A DNA stretch of 64,000 nt from Thauera sp. Lineage in GTDB: Bacteria; Pseudomonadota; Gammaproteobacteria; Burkholderiales; Rhodocyclaceae. Shown piece after piece: positions 57,985 to 64,000 of the stretch (position 1 is its first letter; every line of letters begins with the position of its first letter). The translations under genes were made by a program, and so were the position numbers. The notes under the pieces were generated by a model. That model was not told where the DNA came from, made no database searches, and saw only the letters and a list, made by a program, of their open reading frames with translations. Location of the stretch: the NCBI GenBank assembly GCA_003446655.1, contig DMCZ01000076.1:12089-76088 (forward strand). Direction: 5' to 3'.

Positions 57985-60900
57985 ATGCAACGGTTCCGAG
58001 TACGTTCCCTGAGTACGCCCGCGATTTCCCCTCCGAATGCAGATGCCCCGCCGCCCGCGCGCACGGGCGGTGGTCGGCTGCGCAACGCAATGGCCTGGTT
58101 GCTGCGGATCGGCGTGCTCGCCTGGTTCGTGACCGCCGGTACGGTGCTGGTGCTGCGGCATGTGCTGATGCCGTCGGTCGATGCGTTCCGCGAGCCGGTT
58201 GCCGACATGCTCGCGCGGCAGCTCTCCCTGCCGGTGTCGATCGCGCGCCTCGAGGGGGGGTGGGCGGGATGGCGCCCGTTTCTGCGCATCGAAGGCCTGC
58301 GCATCGCCGACCGGGATGGGCGCGATGCCCTCGCGCTGGGGGCCGTGGAGGCCACCCTGGCCTGGTCTTCCCTGCTGCGCGGCGAGCCGCATTTCGACCG
58401 TCTCGACATCGAGGCGCCCGATCTGACCTTGCGGCGCGATGCGGGCGGGACGCTGTTCGTGGCCGGCATTGCGCTGCCCACCGGGACGGGGGACGAGGGT
58501 GGCGGGCTGGCCTGGCTGCTGGCACAGCGCCAGATTCGCGTCCACGGCGCGCGTCTCACCTGGCAGGACGAAGCGCGTGCAGCGCCCGCGCTCGTGCTGG
58601 ACGGAGTGCAGGTTCGCTTCGTCCGGCGCGGGGCTACGGTGCGCTTTGCGCTCGAAGCACGCCCGCCGCCAGCGCTGGCCTCTGCGCTGGTCGTGCGCGG
58701 CGAGGTGCCCCGCGCGTTGCGTCTCGCCGACCTGGCGCGCCCGTCTGCAGCGCACGGCAGGCTCTACCTCGAACTCGAGCGCGCCGACCTGGGCGCGTGG
58801 CGGCCGTGGATCGATTACCCGCTGCCACTTTCCGGGCACGGCGGGGTGCGCGCGTGGGCGGACGCTGATGGCAAGGGCAGCTTCGAGCTGACTGCCGACG
58901 TGTCGCTCGACGCTGTCCGCATCCAGCTTGCCGAGGCCTTGCCTGAACTGCGCATCGCGCGCCTCGAGGGGCGCCTCTCGGGTGCACATGAGGCGGGCCG
59001 CAGCCAGTTCGCGACGCGCGATCTGGCGCTGATGCTGGCCGACGGCGTGACGGTCGCGCCGACCGATCTTGAGTTGCGCGTGGACAGCGCGGGGGATGGC
59101 GCGGTGCTGGCAGGTGCGGTGAGCGCGAATCGGCTCGACTTCGCCGCGCTCGCCGCGCTTGCGGCGCACTTTCCGCTGGACGCGGCGCTGCGCGACCGCC
59201 TTGCGCGCCTCGAGCCCCGAGGGCGTGTCCAGGATCTGCGCCTGACATGGCAGGGCGAACCCGGGACGCCAAGCGACTGGTCGCTGGCCGCGCGTTTCGA
59301 GGACGTCGGCCTGCTTGCACGCGAAGGGTGGCCCGGGCTGGGCGGATTGTCGGGAAGCATTGACGGCGATGCGGATGGCGGGCGATTCCGCCTCGCCGGC
59401 CCCGGGATGCACCTCGACTTGCCGATGGTCTTTGAACCCGGTCGGCTCGAGTTCGATCGCCTGCATGCCGAAGGCAGCTGGCGGCGGAATGACGGACGCC
59501 TCGAGATTGCGCTCGACGGTGCGGAATTCGAGAACGCCGACGTCGCTGGCACCGCATCCGGTCGCTACTGGCCAGCGGCCGACGGCCCGGGCGAGATCGA
59601 CCTGCAGGCGCGACTTAGCCGCGCGCAGTCGACCGCGGTGTGGCGCTACCTGCCGCGCGTGGTCAATGCGCGCACCCGCGAGTGGGTGCAGCAGGGCATC
59701 CGCGCCGCGGGCGTGCCCGAGGCGCGCCTGCGGCTGCAGGGCAAGCTGCAGGACTTTCCGTTCCGCGATGGCGCCGGTCAGTTCCTGGTCACGGTGAGGG
59801 TGGCGGACGGGGTGCTGGACTATGCGCCCGGATGGCCGGGCATCGACGACATCCAGGGCGAGGTGCGCTTCGAGGGGCCGGGCATGCGCATCAGCGCCGA
59901 GCGCGCGCGGATACTGGGGGTCGAGCTGGAGAGCGTCGTCGCGGACGTGCCCGATCTTGACGCCATGCCGAGCGAGGTCATGACGATCAGCGGTCGGGCG
60001 CTGGGGCCGACGGCTGAGTTCCTGCGCTTCGTCGCCGCGAGCCCGGTGTCGCGGCGCCTTGGTGGTTTCACCGACGGCATCCGTGCCGAAGGCAGCGGCG
60101 AACTCGACCTCAAGCTGGTGATGCCGCTGCGGCACACGCTCGACACCGAGGTCGAGGGGGCCTTCCGTTTCGCGAGCAACCGCATCGAGCTGGTCGATGG
60201 TTTGCCCGCGCTCGAGCGCGCGGCCGGACTCGTGCGCTTCACTGGCGACACGCTCGCGATTCCCGAGGCGAGCGCGCAGTTCCTGGGGCACGCTGTGAGC
60301 GTGAGCGCGAAGACCAGCGCGGACGGCGTGGTGCGCTTCGATGCGGCCGGGCGTGCCGACGCGGCTGCGATGCGCGCGCGTTACGCACAGCCACTGCTGG
60401 ACGGGCTTTCCGGCACCGCGGAGTGGCGTGCGGCGATCCGCGTTGGCAAGGGCAGCACCCGGGTCGAGGTCGATTCCGACCTGCTCGGCTTTGCCTCGAG
60501 CCTGCCGGCGCCGCTCAACAAGTCTGCCGGCGAAGCCTGGCCGTCGCGCTTCGTATTCGAGCAAGCGAGCGGGCGGGCACGCGACACGCTCGCACTCAGG
60601 CTCGGCACGATCGTACGCGCGGAGCTGACGCGGGCGCCGGGGGCGGACGGGCTGCGCGGTGGTATCGCCATCGGGCGTGCCACTGGCGACAGCCCGCCCG
60701 CTTCCGATTCCGGACTGCGGGTGGCGGCCGTGCTCGACCGCCTCGACGTCGACGCCTGGCGGCGCATGTTCGACGCCGCGGCGATCGCTGCTGAAACGAA
60801 CACGGCGGCGTCCGGTACCGAGAAGGCCGTTGGTCCTGGTGACAGCCCGGCCAGCGTCGGCAGCGCAGCCCCGGTGCTTGCGGGGCTGGACGACCTGGCG

Positions 60901-61995
60901 CTCGCTGCAGACGAGGTGCGCGCCTTTGGCCACGTCCTGAAGGCGGTCGATTTGCGCGCCGAGGCCGACACGGGCGGCTGGAAGGCGCGCCTGGAGAGCG
61001 ACATCGCCGATGGTACCTTTGACTGGCGCAACGCAGGAGACGGCGCGCTGCGTGCACGTTTCCGCCATCTGCGCGTCGGCCAGGATGAGCCGCAGGGAGG
61101 GAAGGGCGGAGAGGACGCCGACAGTGGCGAAGCCGGCAGGCCGCCGGCCGACGTCGTCGAGGAGACGCCGCCCCGCCGGCTGCCGGCGCTGGATGTGGTC
61201 GCCGAGCGTTTCGAGCTGCGCGGGCTCGACCTTGGCCGGCTGGAGGTGTTCGCGCGCAACCGCGGGGGGCTCTGGCAGCTCGAGCGCTTCGCCCTCGCCA
61301 ATGACGCGGGTCGCCTCGAGGGCAGCGGGCAGTGGCAGGCCGAGCGCCGCCAGCGCACGCGGCTCGATTTCCGCCTCGAGACGCCGGATGTCGGCCGCCT
61401 GTCCAATCGCCTGGGTTATCCCGACGTGGTGCGCGGCGGGCAGGCCAGCCTGAGCGGGCAACTCGGCTGGCAGGGCGCGCCGACGCGCATCGACTATCCG
61501 TCGCTCAATGGCAGCCTGGAGCTCGAGACCGGGAGCGGTCAGTTCAACAAGCTCGAGCCCGGCGTGGGCCGGCTGCTCGGCATCCTGAGCCTGCAGGCCT
61601 TGCCGCGGCGGATCACGCTCGATTTTCGTGACGTGTTTTCCGAAGGATTCGCCTTCGATCGCATTTCCGGTAGCATCGACGTGGCTGCCGGTGTGCTGCG
61701 CACCGAAGACCTCGAGATCCGCGGTCCCTCCGCGCGCGTGAGGATGACCGGCACGGCCGACGTGGTGGGCGAGACCCAGGACCTGCGCGTGCTGGTGCAG
61801 CCGACGCTGTCCGAATCGATTGCCATCGGCGCGGCAGCGGGGCTGCTGAATCCTGCCGTCGGGGTGGTGACCTACCTTGCCCAGAAGGTGCTGAGCGATC
61901 CGATCGAGAAGCTCTTCGCATTCGAGTACGCGGTGACCGGGTCCTGGTCCGATCCGCAGGTGGCCAAGCGCGGTCAGGTGCCGCAGCCACCATGA
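57985..61995 (+). CDS. yhdP: YhdP family (AsmA-like) phospholipid transport protein
   Basis: N-terminal TM helix, long beta-rich body, GRLLGILSLQALPRRITLDFRDVF and Y.VTGSWSDP motifs. Synteny with glnE, nitrilase and tldD. Start uncertain. Confidence 0.9.
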   Translation: MQRFRVRSLSTPAISPPNADAPPPARTGGGRLRNAMAWLLRIGVLAWFVTAGTVLVLRHVLMPSVDAFREPVADMLARQLSLPVSIARLEGGWAGWRPFLRIEGLRIADRDGRDALALGAVEATLAWSSLLRGEPHFDRLDIEAPDLTLRRDAGGTLFVAGIALPTGTGDEGGGLAWLLAQRQIRVHGARLTWQDEARAAPALVLDGVQVRFVRRGATVRFALEARPPPALASALVVRGEVPRALRLADLARPSAAHGRLYLELERADLGAWRPWIDYPLPLSGHGGVRAWADADGKGSFELTADVSLDAVRIQLAEALPELRIARLEGRLSGAHEAGRSQFATRDLALMLADGVTVAPTDLELRVDSAGDGAVLAGAVSANRLDFAALAALAAHFPLDAALRDRLARLEPRGRVQDLRLTWQGEPGTPSDWSLAARFEDVGLLAREGWPGLGGLSGSIDGDADGGRFRLAGPGMHLDLPMVFEPGRLEFDRLHAEGSWRRNDGRLEIALDGAEFENADVAGTASGRYWPAADGPGEIDLQARLSRAQSTAVWRYLPRVVNARTREWVQQGIRAAGVPEARLRLQGKLQDFPFRDGAGQFLVTVRVADGVLDYAPGWPGIDDIQGEVRFEGPGMRISAERARILGVELESVVADVPDLDAMPSEVMTISGRALGPTAEFLRFVAASPVSRRLGGFTDGIRAEGSGELDLKLVMPLRHTLDTEVEGAFRFASNRIELVDGLPALERAAGLVRFTGDTLAIPEASAQFLGHAVSVSAKTSADGVVRFDAAGRADAAAMRARYAQPLLDGLSGTAEWRAAIRVGKGSTRVEVDSDLLGFASSLPAPLNKSAGEAWPSRFVFEQASGRARDTLALRLGTIVRAELTRAPGADGLRGGIAIGRATGDSPPASDSGLRVAAVLDRLDVDAWRRMFDAAAIAAETNTAASGTEKAVGPGDSPASVGSAAPVLAGLDDLALAADEVRAFGHVLKAVDLRAEADTGGWKARLESDIADGTFDWRNAGDGALRARFRHLRVGQDEPQGGKGGEDADSGEAGRPPADVVEETPPRRLPALDVVAERFELRGLDLGRLEVFARNRGGLWQLERFALANDAGRLEGSGQWQAERRQRTRLDFRLETPDVGRLSNRLGYPDVVRGGQASLSGQLGWQGAPTRIDYPSLNGSLELETGSGQFNKLEPGVGRLLGILSLQALPRRITLDFRDVFSEGFAFDRISGSIDVAAGVLRTEDLEIRGPSARVRMTGTADVVGETQDLRVLVQPTLSESIAIGAAAGLLNPAVGVVTYLAQKVLSDPIEKLFAFEYAVTGSWSDPQVAKRGQVPQPP

Positions 61996-62130
61996 GTTGC
62001 GACGAAGGCATGACTTCTCTGAAGCGCCGCGGGGGTGCCGCATGTGCCAGCTCGGATGCCTGCCCCCTCATGCACCAATGATGCCCCGATCGGAAGCGCC
62101 GATTTCGCGTGTCCCGACAAGAAGACCGAC

Positions 62131-62955
62131 ATGAAGCCCCAGAATCCCTCCGCGCCCGTGCGCATCGCTGCCATCCAGACCGTATCCGGCCCTGACGTCC
62201 AGGCCAACCTCGATATCGTCGCCGACCTGATCGCCGAGGCGGCGGCGGGCGGTGCACGGCTTGTCGCGCTGCCAGAGTATTTCCCGCTCATCAGCAATGA
62301 CGAGGCCGCGAAGGTCCGCATCCGCGAGGCCGAGGGCGTCGGGCCGCTGCAGGATTTCCTCGCCGGTGCGGCGAGGCGCCATGGCGTCTGGCTGATTGGC
62401 GGGACCATCCCGCTGGTGGCCGAGGCACAGGACAAGGTGCGCAACACCACCTTGGTCTATGACGACCAGGGCCGGCAGCTTGCGCGCTACGACAAGGTCC
62501 ACCTTTTCGGCTTTCAGCGTGGCGAGGAGCGCTACGATGAGGCGGTGACCATCGAGCCGGGCAGCGTGGTCGCCTGCTTCGACTCGCCGGCAGGGCGCAC
62601 CGGTCTGTCGGTGTGCTACGACCTGCGCTTTCCCGAGCTCTTCCGTGCCATGGGCGAGGTCGACCTGATCGTGTTGCCAGCGGCCTTTACCTACACCACG
62701 GGGCGCGCGCACTGGGAGGTGCTGCTGCGCGCGCGCGCGATCGAGAACCAGTGCTACGTGATGGCGCCGGCGCAAGGTGGCCGCCACCCGACAGGACGCG
62801 TCACGTGGGGTCACACGATGATCATCGACCCCTGGGGCGAGATCCTCGCCTGCCGCGATGAAGGGCCCGGCGTGGTGATGGCGGAGGTCGACCCGGCGCG
62901 CATCGCTGCGGTGCGAGAGAGCTTGCCCGCGCTGCGCCATCGCTGCCTTGCCTGA
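62131..62955 (+). CDS. Carbon-nitrogen hydrolase (Nit1-like deaminated glutathione amidase)
   Basis: LPEYF, YDKVHLF, VCYDLRFPE and RARAIENQCY motifs. Confidence 0.92.
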   Translation: MKPQNPSAPVRIAAIQTVSGPDVQANLDIVADLIAEAAAGGARLVALPEYFPLISNDEAAKVRIREAEGVGPLQDFLAGAARRHGVWLIGGTIPLVAEAQDKVRNTTLVYDDQGRQLARYDKVHLFGFQRGEERYDEAVTIEPGSVVACFDSPAGRTGLSVCYDLRFPELFRAMGEVDLIVLPAAFTYTTGRAHWEVLLRARAIENQCYVMAPAQGGRHPTGRVTWGHTMIIDPWGEILACRDEGPGVVMAEVDPARIAAVRESLPALRHRCLA

Positions 62956-63041
62956 TCGTCGCGCACGCGCGCCCTCTCTACCCGCAATGATCGTTTTTGC
63001 CTGATGCCGGTCGAACCGGCATCGCCCGTCAAGGATTTTCC

Positions 63042-64000
63042 ATGAGCAAGAGCCAGAACCCCCTCAAGGTCGCCGACCGTTACCTGCTGTCGCCCTACGG
63101 CCTCGGTGAGGCGGAACTCGAGAAGACCTTCCGCAAGCTGATGCGCCACGACATCGACTTCGCCGATCTCTATTTCCAGTATCAGCGCTCCGAGGCCTGG
63201 AGCCTGGAGGAGGGCATCGTCAAGTCGGGCAGCTTCGACATCGAGCAGGGTGTGGGCGTGCGCGCGATCAGCGGCGAGAAGACCGCGTTCGCCTACTCCG
63301 ACGACATCTCGCTCGATGCGCTGATCGGTGCCGCCACCGCTACGCGCGCGATCGCCGCTGCCGGCGAGCGCCGCCGCGTCGGCATCGTTCCGCACAAGCT
63401 GCGTACGCGGCTGTACCGTGCCGACGACCCGCTCGACTCGCTCGACGACACCGCCAAGGTCAGGCTGCTCGAGCGCCTGGAGAGCTTCGCGCGCGCCGAG
63501 GATCCGCGCGTCACCCAGGTCATGGCGCACATCGCCGGCTCGTGGGAGGTGGTGATGGTGGCGCGCAGCGATGGCCACCTGGCGGCCGACGTGCGCCCGC
63601 TGGTGCGGGTGTCGATCACCGTGATCATGGAGGAGGGCGGCCGCCGCGAGCAGGGCAGCGCCGGCGGCGGCGGGCGTTACGACTACGGCTGGTTCTGCGA
63701 CGACCGCCTGCACGATTACGCGCGCGCCGCGGTGCACCAGGCCAGCGTCAATCTCGGCGCCGACCCGGCGCCGGCCGGCACCATGCCGGTGGTGCTGGGG
63801 CCCGGCTGGCCGGGCATCCTGTTGCATGAGGCGATCGGTCACGGGCTGGAGGGCGACTTCAACCGCAAGGGCAGCTCGGCGTTCTCGGGCCGCATCGGCC
63901 AGCAGGTGGCGGCCAAGGGCGTCACCGTGGTCGACGATGGCACGCTGCCCGACCGCCGCGGCTCGCTGTCGATCGACGACGAGGGCAACCCGACCGAGCG
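63042..64000 (+). CDS. tldD: Metalloprotease TldD (runs off the window; absent from the ORF track)
   Basis: Manual translation gives MSKSQNPL...DFADLYFQYQRSEAWSLEEGIVKSGSF...GWPGILLHEAIGHGLEGDFNRKG. Confidence 0.95.
   Translation, partial: MSKSQNPLKVADRYLLSPYGLGEAELEKTFRKLMRHDIDFADLYFQYQRSEAWSLEEGIVKSGSFDIEQGVGVRAISGEKTAFAYSDDISLDALIGAATATRAIAAAGERRRVGIVPHKLRTRLYRADDPLDSLDDTAKVRLLERLESFARAEDPRVTQVMAHIAGSWEVVMVARSDGHLAADVRPLVRVSITVIMEEGGRREQGSAGGGGRYDYGWFCDDRLHDYARAAVHQASVNLGADPAPAGTMPVVLGPGWPGILLHEAIGHGLEGDFNRKGSSAFSGRIGQQVAAKGVTVVDDGTLPDRRGSLSIDDEGNPTE

Noticed and set aside
57505-62043. Very long antisense ORFs (1512 aa here; others opposite aspS, rpoD, dnaG, leuS, glnE)
   Set aside because: Shadow ORFs expected from high GC3 codon bias opposite real genes; no recognisable motifs

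Overview
This is a GC-rich core-genome window from a betaproteobacterium. Gene content and a permuted tmRNA point to Rhodocyclales (Thauera/Azoarcus-like). It carries about 60 mostly housekeeping genes: argB, aspS, pilBCD, ffh, rpsU-dnaG-rpoD, tsaD, xerD, proA, leuS-lptE-holA, uvrD, rfbAC, ilvE, mnmA, glnE and yhdP-nitrilase-tldD (truncated). I see no prophage, IS element, CRISPR array or defence island. The notable items are mostly absent from the ORF track. (1) A circularly permuted two-piece tmRNA (tag ANDERFALAA) lies convergent with tRNA-Ile2(CAT). (2) A self-contained unit between leuS and uvrD has an FNR-like box and palindromic operators, a 108-aa unknown ORF, and a CU-rich candidate 3'-end sRNA. 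(3) A FabX/UfaA-like Cys-rich flavoprotein is present. (4) An unannotated secreted Cys-His-Asp protein is wedged between nudJ and mnmA. (5) A pseudo-receiver/TPR protein sits upstream of a lipoprotein RNase-barstar pair. (6) Two sigma32-type promoters are visible. All calls come from reading motifs by eye; no searches were run, and several start codons were re-assigned.
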